64,000 bases of DNA from Blepharisma stoltei ATCC 30299 (taxonomy: Eukaryota; Protista; Ciliophora): assembly GCA_965603825.1 (NCBI GenBank), contig CBFDEM010000004.1:124001-188000 (forward strand). The letters run 5' to 3'. Below, one piece after another: positions 38,584 through 49,900 of this stretch. The position numbers and the translations under genes are program-made. Numbering within the stretch: the first letter of the stretch is position 1; every line of letters starts with the position of its first letter. The notes beneath the pieces are model-generated. The model made no database searches and had not been told where the DNA came from. It was given only the letters and a program-made list of their open reading frames with translations.

Positions 38584-40905
38584 TTATCTGAGTTTTGAAA
38601 ACATCATTTTCAAGTCAGCTTTAGTTTTTCCTTTCGTCTCGATTAAGTCAAGCCACAAATAAGGAATACTTAAAATGCAAATTCCTGCATAAAATAAAAA
38701 CGCATAAGTCATCGTAAATGCATTAGCCATAATAGGGAACAAGAAGACCACAGCTGTAACCGAAGCCCAGTTTGTTCCAATGCAAATACTCATAACTTTC
38801 GGTGAACAAATTTCTCCACAAACAATCCAAATTAGTGGCCCAACTGATATTTCGAAGAAAACAATATAAAGCAATATAAAAACAAGCGGAGGGCCTGAAG
38901 AACCTTCGACAGGACCAGAAAACATTCCAACCAAAATTAAGCACACAGCCATTCCTAAGCATCCCACCAAAAGCATAGGCTTTCTCCCAAATTTATTAAC
39001 AGCTGGGAACAATATCAATGTAGCGGCCATATTAACAAGTCCAACTACAACAGTAAAAACTCTTGCAATAAACTTGTTTCCGAACTCGCTAAAAATAGTA
39101 GTAGAGTACCCTATAATTGCGTTAATTCCGCTCCATTGTTGTATTAAATTCAGCATGACTCCAATTCGAATAATCTTAGAATGCCCTTTTCTGCAGCACA
39201 GCAAATCAGCATAGCTGCTTTCTCCAGCTTCTTGTTTAGCTTTTGCTATATTTTGCTCTAATTTTGAAAGAGCTATTGGCTCATTTTCATTATCATAGTA
39301 CTGAGTTAAGCTTGCTTCTGCATCTTTTCTTCTATTTTGCTCAAGAAGTCAAACAGGGGTATCATACTTAAATTTCGTTAAAATTAAAAAAAGCTGGAGT
39401 ATCGCAAATACTGATAATAAAGCGAACATAAACATCCACCAGTAATTCATGTTGTCGTGTTGGCAGTGGCAAAGCTAAGGCATAATAATAATTTAACGGT
39501 TATCGCCCTTTAGAGGACTAATATTTTCCAAATTCTTCTTCTTCTTTTTTCTTCCCCTTCAACTCCAATTATTTTCATCTAAAAAATTCTGTCCATACTT
39601 CACATTTTCGGCTTTTTTCTTCAAATTCAATTCTATTTCATTTAAGACTTGATTTCTTCGTCCTAAACTTCTTTCATAATCTTCCACCCCAATATTATAT
39701 AGATCCAAAATCTTATTGCATTCGCATCTTCTTTTTCTTCAATTTTTCTTCCTCCATGACTTGCATGCAAATTCCATTTTATTTCATCCCTTCCCTTTTC
39801 GATGGCAAATTTTTTTGCTTGTAATCGACTCAACGCCTAAATTCCAACACTTAGTATTTTCTAGGGAAGCACCTCCTTCAGAATCCTTACTCTCTAGTGT
39901 GCCTTGGCCTTCAGCTTCATCTTCAGCATTCCCAACCTCAGTGTTGTCCTTGATTCCACTCTCATCACTTGAGGTTTGAATTATTTCCACAAGTCGAGTG
40001 CCTGCTGTTGCATAAAGTGGCGTAATTGTCTCACTATCAAGCACTTCTTCAGTTTGGTTCCAAGCCTAGGATACAAATCTTCCTCATATTTTATCTTCAT
40101 CTTATTCATCATGGTCATCGTAGTTGCTTCAGTAATCATCCTCAACTTCATAGTCAGAAAAGAACTCTTCTGGTGGCATCAAGTATCCTTCTGCATTGAG
40201 AACAATATCTGTACCATTTAGCCATTCTTCCTCGTTCTCTGATATGCCGCAAAAATCCATGACTTCCCAATGCTGCTTCATCATCCTTGATACCTGTCTA
40301 GAAGGCAGAAACTTAGATGAGTCTTTTATAGAGTTGACTTCCCCTGCATTACTGATAGCTTCATGAGCTTGTTGCAAATTTCTTTCCCAATAGTTCCACA
40401 TTTTCCAAAGCTAAGGCATACATAAAGACAATACCGAGAGTTATGTTAAATTGTATCAAGACCCAATTTTTCCACTAATAGCAATGGGGGCATATTCGAA
40501 AATATATAATGGGGAGGTCACACAGAAGCCTCCTGCAACAAACCCAGACAAAAATCTGCCAATAGCAAATGTTGGGGTAAATGGAATCAAGAATAAGGCT
40601 GAAGCAATTATTGTAATTATATCTAAAATCAATATTGCTTGGCGGCGGCCTTTTTTAGTTGCAATTGGACCTGCTCCAAGAGACCCAAAAATAGCGCCGA
40701 AATGCATCATAGCATTCATAGTCGGGACCAGGATGTCTTTATTGTCACCCCAATTCAAGGTGGCCGCAACGTTGTCCGGGGCTGAATTGTAGACGCCAAG
40801 GCTCATCCCTGCAATAAAAGGCCCGATAGCGACTGCCAAGCCGATTTTTCAGACAGCCTTACTATCAAACTTTTCTTGGTCAGCTTCAACTTTTTCGAAA
40901 GGTAT
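38584..40905 (-). pseudogene. MFS sugar-porter copy 3, pseudogene
   Basis: Relative to copy 2: start ATG changed to ATA (40903-40905), 1-bp deletion at ~40460, 921-bp insertion at 39485-40405, and a 14-bp deletion (TTATCATAATCCCC) at ~39457. Confidence 0.95.
39485..40405 (-). mobile_element. 5'-truncated non-LTR retrotransposon-like insertion with a 15-bp target-site duplication
   Basis: CAAAGCTAAGGCATA flanks the insert at 39470-39484 and 40406-40420 but occurs once in intact copy 2. No terminal inverted repeats. The minus-strand 3' end terminates in a short TTA-type tail (..GTTAAATTATTAT). Broken coding frame includes KLRMIT..KKCLI..HFMQ. Confidence 0.8.
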
Positions 40906-41412
40906 TAATTATATGGTGGAAATTAAATTTAATGTCCACATTAAGGAGAAAGAGTTATAAAGAAAATTTTGGATAGTTGCAATAAATATAAAATTAAAGG
41001 AAAATTACGTCAGTTCACTGTGTTCATTTTTTATTTGGCATAAAAATATGTCATTGGTGTCGCTTAAAAAATTCAGTAATTTTTTTAAATTATACCAAAA
41101 TATAAAAATTTGGGTGATAAAAGAAGCTATAATTGATTAAAAATCAAAGTATGAACTATAAAATGGCATTTTGAATTAATGATACAAATTTTAAAGCTAA
41201 AGCAGTATTTGATGTAATTATTGATATACGCATTTGAGAAAATTCCTCAGAAGCTATGCTATCAACTCTATATTGAAATTTTTTAGAATTTTAATCAATA
41301 ATAAGCCATAATATTAAGAAAATACCTTTATGATTTTTCAATATTAATTTTTTGGTCTATCTATAATCAAATAATTTGCATCTATTAATATCAGCTTAAA
41401 GCAAGACGATGC

Positions 41413-42076
41413 TTAGTCCAAACTGATGTCAAAGCCCAAGGAATGCCTCATTTTATTTCTCACTTCTTTTGCGTGAACATTTAAGAGCTTTTGGCTTCTA
41501 CTTGCAGCTGGAAACTTTGGCTTTGAATAATTTAGATTAATCAGCTCTTTAAAGCTGCCAATATTTTGAGCTGCATTTTTATTCTAAATATCCCTTACTG
41601 TAGAAATGTCATTTTTTATCTGTTTTTCTCTTTGCTCTACTGCAATGATATTGAGTAGTTTTGCAAAACTGAGTGGAATTATTGCACTATTATTAATTCT
41701 TCTGCTTCTCAAAGCGTTGTTATTTAAGACTATATTTAATTTTACTCTTGTTTGCGTCGTCATTCAGTACAAGTGAAGTAAATTCATTTAAGGACAAAAT
41801 GCCTAGATAAAGAGTACTTGGTCTTTCTGTAACAACGGTCTGTAAAAGAGCACTAATTAAGGTTTTAGTAACATGAATGCTAACTGAAGCTAGAATTTGT
41901 TCCAATCCCATCAATGTTAGGAAATTTCCTACTGAATATTTATAAAAAACATATTTTATGTCGTCTTCTGAGTCCAGCTCATTTGAAGTCATCAAATAGC
42001 TCGACGAACTCGTCCTGCGGTGTCTTGTCAGCAGCCATCTTGTGGTTGCTTGGGTATGTAAAACGTTGCTTTCCAT
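41413..42076 (-). CDS. Uncharacterised 210-aa protein (weak EF-hand-like helix pair possible)
   Basis: The track ORF extends once introns 41730-41745 (16 nt) and 41584-41598 (15 nt) are removed. Exons 331+131+171 nt = 211 codons, ending RHSLGFDISLD-TAA. Confidence 0.8.
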
Positions 42077-42110
42077 TTATAAGAGTTTATAAAATAATTT
42101 TTTTAAGAAT

Positions 42111-45100
42111 TTAAGTAGGCTTCATATTAATATAGTTCTTTCCTGAGTTCATTAAGTCTGCTTCTTGATAAATCGCTTCACTAATAGCATTAAAAACAGT
42201 ACTTTCTAGTATAAATCTTGATAAATCTGTGAATTCGTCTTTTAAGTAAAGTCTTTCTAATACGTAGTCAGGCTCAAGTTCATCTTCTTCCTCTTCAAAA
42301 ACGTCTTCTAAGGAGTAAAGGTTATAGAGGCTAGGAGGCTCTGAGTTGTCGAGCTGCTCCATAAGTGGGCTTGGCTCATGGTAAAGTTCTTCTAATAAAT
42401 TATAAGTGTCAGGCTCGCTCACGATATTTTGAATGGTCTGTTTAAATATGGTTTTTACAAGCTCTAGGTCTGTGCTGTCCACATTAATAGCATATGGTGA
42501 CTCAAAAACGGTAGACTTTTTGATTCTTAAGAAAATGCTTTCAAATGAGGAGCTACCTGAGGACAGCTCTTTATTGTCCATAGATTTCCGAGAACCGACC
42601 CTTCCGGAGAGCTTTAATGAGTTTTCCCATTCAATTACACATTCAAGCTCGCCTTCATAAATTGTTGGGATTCTATTAGGATTTAAAGTCAGTTTTACAG
42701 GCACTTGACTATTAGGTCCTAAATTTCCACTAATGGGGTCTAATACTAATTCATCTCCACATATAAGCTCAGTTGCTTTAAAATTATATTTTAGCTCCAA
42801 TGTCTGGCTTTTATTATAAATTACCACCATCCTATGAATTTGTTCCCCAAACTTAGCTTTGCCAAAATCTATACTTTCTACTGAAAATCCTACATTTGAG
42901 GAATCAGGGAGAAATGAAGAGCGGCAAATAGGCAGCTGGTCAAAAATTGTAGGGCTTGGAGGAGGATTTTCTCTTTTTGGATGATATCCTTTTCCTTTTA
43001 ATCGTAAATACAAGGTCTGTATCACATTTTGACGCTCTTTTACATTTATTGGTAGTGTGACTGAGTATTCTTTGCTTTCTAATGGCTTAAACATGCAGAA
43101 TAAATACGTGACCTCTCCTGGGTCAATGGTCCCTTCTTTATTCTGGATTTCAAAAATCGGGAATTTATAGTTTTCTGATATAAAATCTTCCAATGCAGAA
43201 TTGTCGACTTCATAAGTGATTTTATTATCCCCAATATTTTGGATTTTTATGGGCTGGGTAACTCCTACACCTAAGCCAATTGGTAAAGGCTCAAACTCAA
43301 ACTCTGGCGCCCTCAAGGTCAAATATCCGCGTTTTGGAGGCAAGGTTTCCCCTTTCAATGTAAGGACTATTGGTTTTCCATGGATAATCTGGAAAATCAC
43401 ATTTAAGCTGTGCTTTCCGATTTCTACAGGATTATAGCTCAATTCTACATCAAATTTCTGGTTGCACTGTAATTCTCCACCTCTAGGATTTACCTCAAAA
43501 ATTTTATTTTCCAAAATATGGTCCTCAAAAGCCACCTCCGGAGGTGTTTCACCTGTATCAACCCAAGGCTCCGTTTCTAGCTTATTATCATCAGGGAACA
43601 CAAATCTAAATGACGCAGTCACCCCTCCAATATTTTGCATGGTCAACCTTAGTTTTCTGGCCTCAGCTGACCTCACAAAATTAAGCTTCCCAAAATCCCA
43701 CTCAAAATGATTAAGTTTTTCTTGTGCCAAAGTCTGTGAAATCTCAGCATTATTATACTTGATTTCCAGCGCTGTCAGTGGGCTTAAAATCGCATTTATT
43801 GTATTAGTCAAGTTAAACCGTCTCCAGAGATGTGAAGGGCTGATATTTTTCGCCCTTAAATCAATCAATGTAATTACAGGGAAATCTCCATGAGCAGTAA
43901 GCTCAATTTTTGAGTCTTCATTTAACGGTGTTTCTCGTATATCATGATTAGGAAAACTCTGCTTAGCAAAGCACTGAATATAATACTCGCTTTGTGACCT
44001 ACAATTCGGGACAAACCTTAAATTTACTTTTTGATTAGAATTTGCTGCTAAAACGCCTTCTTTGAAGTCAAAGACAAAAGAAGAATTTATCACTTGTTTG
44101 CTGTCCTCATCCTGTAGTAAACTGCGGTCTTTTGGGATAATTACTAGTTTTGCAAAGATGGCACAGTTTGAAATGTTGCTTAAGGTGAAGGTTCTGACAG
44201 ATGAAAAACCGACGGAGACTGTGTCGAAATCAATGTTTTTAGGGTTCATGTCGACCATTCCAGTGCCGCCTGAGCCATGGATTGTGATGTGGTAGAGCTT
44301 TTCTAGAGGGTCTTGACGAAGGTTATGCATGTGTTCGCCTGAGCCTGGGTTGAAATAGCCTATATAGTTTGCGTCTTGTGCAAGGTCGATAACTCTTTTT
44401 ATGCGGATTGGGACGTTAAATCGATATTCTTGCTGCTTCAAAGCGTTAAAGGTGAACTCTACAAAAATTTTTTCATGAGGGTACATTGTGCCAGTTACAG
44501 GCTCAACTGTGAGTTCGTCTCTGTATTTGTCAGGGATTTCTATGTTATAGTCAATAGGAATATGGGAAGAATTTAGTACCCCAATTTTTTGCTTACTTGA
44601 AACTCCAGTATACAAAGGCGGATAAAAAATTTTGGCTTCATTATCAATAAAAATAGTCGGGTCACAACAAACTCCAGACACTTTTATGCTGATGACTTGT
44701 GAAGATGAATGGTTAAGCACAAATTTAATCGCTGAGCTATAGTTTTGTGGAGAATTCGGATGATACTCTATCGTTAGCAGTGTAAATTTTTTAGCTTGAA
44801 TAAACCCTACCTGTGGGAAGACTTTAAAAACTCCAGTATTTTCACTCAGCAGTCTAAAATAGCAAGGTGTGTCTGCATTATTGATTATTTCAAAGCTTTG
44901 GTACATAGAATCTCCAGGCGAGCATGGTGGAAATTTTATATGTTTCCTTGGGCTTACTTTAATATCAGGTATAAAAGGCTGAATATTGCTTGGAAAAGAA
45001 TGTCCAACCATCGGCAAGGTTATATTCAATGGAGGAATCGCCATAACCCCAAACCTCGACAAATGGATATTTGACCCAGCTCCTATCGACCCCATGGTCT

Positions 45101-46595
45101 GTGACGTGCTCATCCTTCCTAGCTCGTCTATTTGTGGCTGCTTCGGTCTTTTTATCCACACCTGGCACGTGATTCCTTGGAAAAAATAATTTCCAGGCTC
45201 ATAAGGCCTAAAAAAGGCTTGAAAATTTGCTAAGCTGTTTGGACTGATCGACGCAGAAGTTGGGCTAACTGAAAAAGCTTGTGGACTTTCTAATGGATTT
45301 TGCGTCTCCCCTGGGATAAGCCACATTACATATACAAAGAAAGGCAGTTTATTTTTGACTGTAATGCTTCTGCCTTCACTTGTCCTGTCTTTTAAGCAGA
45401 ACCCGAAGTCTATAAATTCTTCACTAATGCTTATCATTTTTTCGCTTAAATTCTGCATCATTTCTTTGTGGAGGGCGATTTGGTTGGGCTCGTCCATTGG
45501 GATTTCAGCAGAAACTGCATAGACTTCTTCAGATGAGCCCATGAGACTGGGAGCGCTTTCTATTAGTCTGTTAATAGTGCCCATTAGGACGTGGGTGCGA
45601 AATACTTCTATATCTTTTTGACTGAGAGGAATTGGACGTTGTAAAATGTCATAGCAGGTCCCGACAAGGTCGAGATATAAAACCATGTGGTTTTTTATGA
45701 GGCAGAAGGCGCGGCAGTAGTAAGAAACTGTTTCTTTAGGAGTGAAATAAACCACAATTCTTGCTGTCGATTTTGCTGCAATATTTCCTTCAATCGTTTT
45801 GAAGCTAAAAATATTTCTTTTGTCTACATAAAACGTAAACGAGCAAGGTAGCGCTGATTGATTTTCCAAAGTAACAATTCTTGACGTCGAATTCCCTGAC
45901 CTAACTTCTCCGAAATTGCAAATTCTTGAGCTTAATGAAACTTGTAACCCAATTCCGCTTCCTATACACGTAAATCTTTGAGAATTCCCACCCATTGTCC
46001 TAATAATGAAATTTTTAGCTGAAAGCATGTAAACCACAGTCGGGCTGTATTTGATTTTTATTAAAAATGACTGCCCAGCTGGGACTATTCCTGTCATTAA
46101 ATCAAACGCAAAAGAATTATCTGGTGACTGCACTCCAAACGATGCTTGGACTTCTGTATCTTCCTCAATCACAAAAGTGGTAGGCACGACAGATTGGTTT
46201 TTCACTATCAAGTTTTTTGTGTCGTTTTGGCCTATTAAAAGTTCTCCGAAGTGGAAAACATTTTTATTGAGGGTGATATATGAGAATTTCCCAATTGCGC
46301 TGATTTTCATTAGTTTGTCTTCTTCGTTTTGGACTTGAAATATCACACTTGCAACCAAAACGTTGGCGTCAGTTGGGGTATAAGATACTGCGATGTCTAG
46401 TTTTCCACGGCCTTGGATTGTGCCAGAGAGAGGGGAGATAATGAAAGGGGAGTTATTCACTATTGAAATCTGAGTTGGGGTTTTGTGAAAGGGGTTGTGG
46501 ATGGTGACTGTTTTTGAGGTAACTTCATTAATTGGGCAAAAACCAAAGTCTAGAGCTTCTGGGATGCTGGCGGTTATGTTTGGAAAGACTTCCAT
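42111..46595 (-). CDS. CFAP65: Cilia- and flagella-associated protein 65-like (tandem ASH/MSP Ig-like domains), 1494 aa
   Basis: Uninterrupted ORF with repeated (I/L)DFG...(I/L)xNxS...F...P..G.(I/L).P units. Segments such as LYLDLVGTCY and FPPCSPGDSMYQSFEIIN fit my recollection of CFAP65/CCDC108 rather than Hydin or CFAP47. Confidence 0.8.
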   Translation of the reverse strand: MEVFPNITASIPEALDFGFCPINEVTSKTVTIHNPFHKTPTQISIVNNSPFIISPLSGTIQGRGKLDIAVSYTPTDANVLVASVIFQVQNEEDKLMKISAIGKFSYITLNKNVFHFGELLIGQNDTKNLIVKNQSVVPTTFVIEEDTEVQASFGVQSPDNSFAFDLMTGIVPAGQSFLIKIKYSPTVVYMLSAKNFIIRTMGGNSQRFTCIGSGIGLQVSLSSRICNFGEVRSGNSTSRIVTLENQSALPCSFTFYVDKRNIFSFKTIEGNIAAKSTARIVVYFTPKETVSYYCRAFCLIKNHMVLYLDLVGTCYDILQRPIPLSQKDIEVFRTHVLMGTINRLIESAPSLMGSSEEVYAVSAEIPMDEPNQIALHKEMMQNLSEKMISISEEFIDFGFCLKDRTSEGRSITVKNKLPFFVYVMWLIPGETQNPLESPQAFSVSPTSASISPNSLANFQAFFRPYEPGNYFFQGITCQVWIKRPKQPQIDELGRMSTSQTMGSIGAGSNIHLSRFGVMAIPPLNITLPMVGHSFPSNIQPFIPDIKVSPRKHIKFPPCSPGDSMYQSFEIINNADTPCYFRLLSENTGVFKVFPQVGFIQAKKFTLLTIEYHPNSPQNYSSAIKFVLNHSSSQVISIKVSGVCCDPTIFIDNEAKIFYPPLYTGVSSKQKIGVLNSSHIPIDYNIEIPDKYRDELTVEPVTGTMYPHEKIFVEFTFNALKQQEYRFNVPIRIKRVIDLAQDANYIGYFNPGSGEHMHNLRQDPLEKLYHITIHGSGGTGMVDMNPKNIDFDTVSVGFSSVRTFTLSNISNCAIFAKLVIIPKDRSLLQDEDSKQVINSSFVFDFKEGVLAANSNQKVNLRFVPNCRSQSEYYIQCFAKQSFPNHDIRETPLNEDSKIELTAHGDFPVITLIDLRAKNISPSHLWRRFNLTNTINAILSPLTALEIKYNNAEISQTLAQEKLNHFEWDFGKLNFVRSAEARKLRLTMQNIGGVTASFRFVFPDDNKLETEPWVDTGETPPEVAFEDHILENKIFEVNPRGGELQCNQKFDVELSYNPVEIGKHSLNVIFQIIHGKPIVLTLKGETLPPKRGYLTLRAPEFEFEPLPIGLGVGVTQPIKIQNIGDNKITYEVDNSALEDFISENYKFPIFEIQNKEGTIDPGEVTYLFCMFKPLESKEYSVTLPINVKERQNVIQTLYLRLKGKGYHPKRENPPPSPTIFDQLPICRSSFLPDSSNVGFSVESIDFGKAKFGEQIHRMVVIYNKSQTLELKYNFKATELICGDELVLDPISGNLGPNSQVPVKLTLNPNRIPTIYEGELECVIEWENSLKLSGRVGSRKSMDNKELSSGSSSFESIFLRIKKSTVFESPYAINVDSTDLELVKTIFKQTIQNIVSEPDTYNLLEELYHEPSPLMEQLDNSEPPSLYNLYSLEDVFEEEEDELEPDYVLERLYLKDEFTDLSRFILESTVFNAISEAIYQEADLMNSGKNYINMKPT

Positions 46596-46928
46596 TTATG
46601 TTTGCTAGGTTTCTAATTAGGAAGTGATATTAGTATTTAAATGAAGAGATTTAGATTATAATTAATTGAAAAATGAAATAAATATATTTTAGAATGCTAA
46701 AATTGACTCAAAATTTATTATTAAAAAACAATAATCTTTAATTTTATTTGAGAAATTCAGTCAAGAAGAGTGTAAATTTTTATATAAATATATTATAGAA
46801 TTGATATTCAGAGTTTCAATGTAATTACTATAGTAAATTTAGAATAATTAGAATAAAAAATATAGGAAATTATAATAAAATTAGTAAATTTGAGATATGT
46901 ACTTCATATTAAAATTTGCATAATTTAA

Positions 46929-49900
46929 ATGATACAAGTAATTCACACCCCTCTCGGTGAACCTTTAGGGCAGATTATTTCAGAGATCCCTCATGAAAAG
47001 GCTCATTTTACAAAGCCATTGCGTGAATTGGAAGAAACTCAAAGAATTCTTGTCTCTTTCAATTCTCGGCCGCTTTCTGCACCAATTGAATGCAAAAAAC
47101 TAATCCCAGAAGCCAGCGTCCATCCAGGTTCCTCCATAAGTCAAATATCAGTAAAATACTATAAAAAGCCAAACCAATCCCCTCCCCAAAAGAAATCCCC
47201 TGAGCATGCCAACCTTTCTTCGTCTCCAAAGGCTAAATATTCAAATCTAAAGCCAAGACTTAATAAATCCCCTTCAAAATCTGTCCCAAGACCCCTCCTC
47301 AAGCCTAAAGAAGTCCCAAACAAAGAAAAAGCCAATAAAATTTCTACAACAAAACCCCTAATAAATAAGCCAAAAAATCCCAATGAAAATCAAAAGACGG
47401 TAAAACCAGAAAAACCCAAAGAGCCACCCCAGCCCAAAAAAGAGGAGAAACCAAAAGCAGACCCTGAAAAATTAAAACTTATATTAAAAGAATCAATCTC
47501 TAAGCACAAAGAACAGAAAATAAAAGAGCAAGAGCTTGAAATGATTGAAGAAGAAAAAATGAAGCAAAAACAAAAAGAAATTAGAGATTTCAGTGAAGAA
47601 GCCAAAGAAAAACTGGAAAAAGCAAAAAAAGTCCCTTTTAAGCCAAAAATAGCCTGGGGAGCTGATCAGAGAAAATTTCAAGAACAAGACGAAAAATTTA
47701 GGGAAGAGGCAAAAAAAGAGAATGAAAAGAAAAGGGAAGCGAGAGAAAAGGTAAGGCAAGAAGGAAGAGCCAGAATTGGGCTTAAAGAGCTATTTGAAGC
47801 TAAGCCAGATCTTGAAGAAAGTAATTTATAAGTAGAAATTCGGAATAAAAGCAAAGGAAATGAAGAAAAAACTGCAAAAAAACCACCAAAGCAGCCAAAT
47901 GAAGAAATCCAAGCATATATGGCAGAACAAAAAAGACTGCGGAAATTAAGACTAGAAGAAGAAAAAAAAAGAAAGGAAGAAGAAAACCGCCTAAGAATCG
48001 CAAAACTAAAAGAATTAGACGAGCTATCAAGAAGCCGGGCAAATGTATCAAAAAGATCAGACTCAAACCCAGATTTAGAAAGGAGAATGAGAATTATAAG
48101 GAAAGCAAAAAGTGCCGCCCGCAGGATGAGAAATGGAGGAAGCGCTGATTATTCCTATGAAGAAGAAAAAATAGAAAAAAACTCAGAAGAGCCATCAGAA
48201 ATTATGCAGCAAAGATTCACTGATGAAGATATTTATAAATCAGAAAATTTGTGGGAAAAGAAAAAAAATGAGGTGGAAAAATACAGCGAGCCTGACAGAG
48301 ATAGAGAAAATATTGATGAAAACGTCGCAGAAAAAGATAGCGATGAAAGCGAGAGATATGAGGATGAATATACAAGTGAAGAAAAATTTTCTGTAGAAGA
48401 AAAAGTACCAGTAAAGGATGAAAATTCAGAGATTAATTTTTCGAGAGATTTAAAAATTCAAAAAGATAATTTACCTGGAAATTCTAAAGAAATTGGACCG
48501 TCCTATCAAGAATATATAATAAACCCAAAAGCAATTGACGATTTAAAATCGAAAAATCAAGAAGATGAGCTGAAATTTATGAAAAAAGAATTGGAATTTT
48601 TCAAAAGTGAACAAATTTCTATATCACAAGCTGTTTCAAATAGGAGAAACCTTCAGAACGAAAATGATTTTAGCAAAAGAAAAGAAACCCTTAGAAATCA
48701 ACTAGCAAACCTCCAAACTAGGCTAGCAAAAATAGTCAAACAAAAAAACCAAACTCCAGTCAAAGATGAAACCAAAATCGAAGACGATTTAGATGTAAAA
48801 TTCACAGAATTCCCAGGAATTTTAAATGCTAAAAACTGATATGCAGAAGCCCAAGAATTTGATGAATTTATTCAGTTTAAAGCTGCCAGAAAAATTCAAG
48901 CTTTAGTCCGTGGCTATCTAGCAAGAAAAGATTTCCAGAAAAAGAAGCTTGGGATTAAATCCCAAAAAGAAATAAATACTGATATTCATTCAATACTGAA
49001 TAAATATTACCCAGAAGCTTATATTCCTGAATCATCTATAATTTCTAGCTATGTCCCAGAGAGTATGAGCTACCCTGCCACGTCAATAAATCCAACCCTA
49101 TCATCAAATCTAAAATCAATTTCACTCAAGCCAGAACCAGATCCTATCAAAATTATAGAAGAACCTGCTGAAAAGTCGCAGCTAAAGCTACAAAATTTAC
49201 TGAGAAATGATTTCACTGATAACGACGAGTACAATTTAGTCAATATTTTGGCTAAAGAGCTATATTCAGTAGAAAAAATTGAAGAAAAAGAGCTAGATAT
49301 AGTAGAAGAGCCAGAAGCAAGCATCCATACTTCAGAAGAACAATATTCAAGCGAGTTTGAATCTGAAGAAGAAATCAAAAGCAAAATATCTGAAGAAGAG
49401 CCAGCAAGAAGCTCAAGAATAAAATTTTCAGACGATTACAGACTGTCTTCTAGCAAGTTCGGGATAACTGAAAGCATTTATGAAGAAGAAAATTCAGACA
49501 TCCCTGAAAGCATTTATGAGTCTAAAGCTTCAAAAAAAGGACTCATTTCTTCATTTAAAGGGTCTAAATCAGAAATTTCTGAAAGCATATATGAGAGCAA
49601 AGGGGTTTCCAGCAGAAGATTTGAAGATTCAGGAAAGAAATACACAAGTAGCAGCATTCCTGAAGATATTACAGAAAGTAAAGGAATTTCTAGTAGGCGG
49701 GTTGATAGTTTAGGGGAATCAAGCAAAAGATTTGCCAGCAGCATATCAGAAGATATCATAGAATCAAAAAAATCATTAACAAGCGATATTCCAGAAGACA
49801 TTTATGAGTCCAAAAAAACCTTAAACAGCTATATTTCAGAAGAAATTTCTGACTCAAGTCCAACCCCTGCCAAGAGTAAACTTAAGCAGTCTCATTCCTC

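Noticed and set aside
42433-46338. Numerous plus-strand ORFs inside CFAP65, and similar antisense ORFs within other genes
   Set aside because: Shadow ORFs opposite long genuine coding frames, with no motifs of their own.
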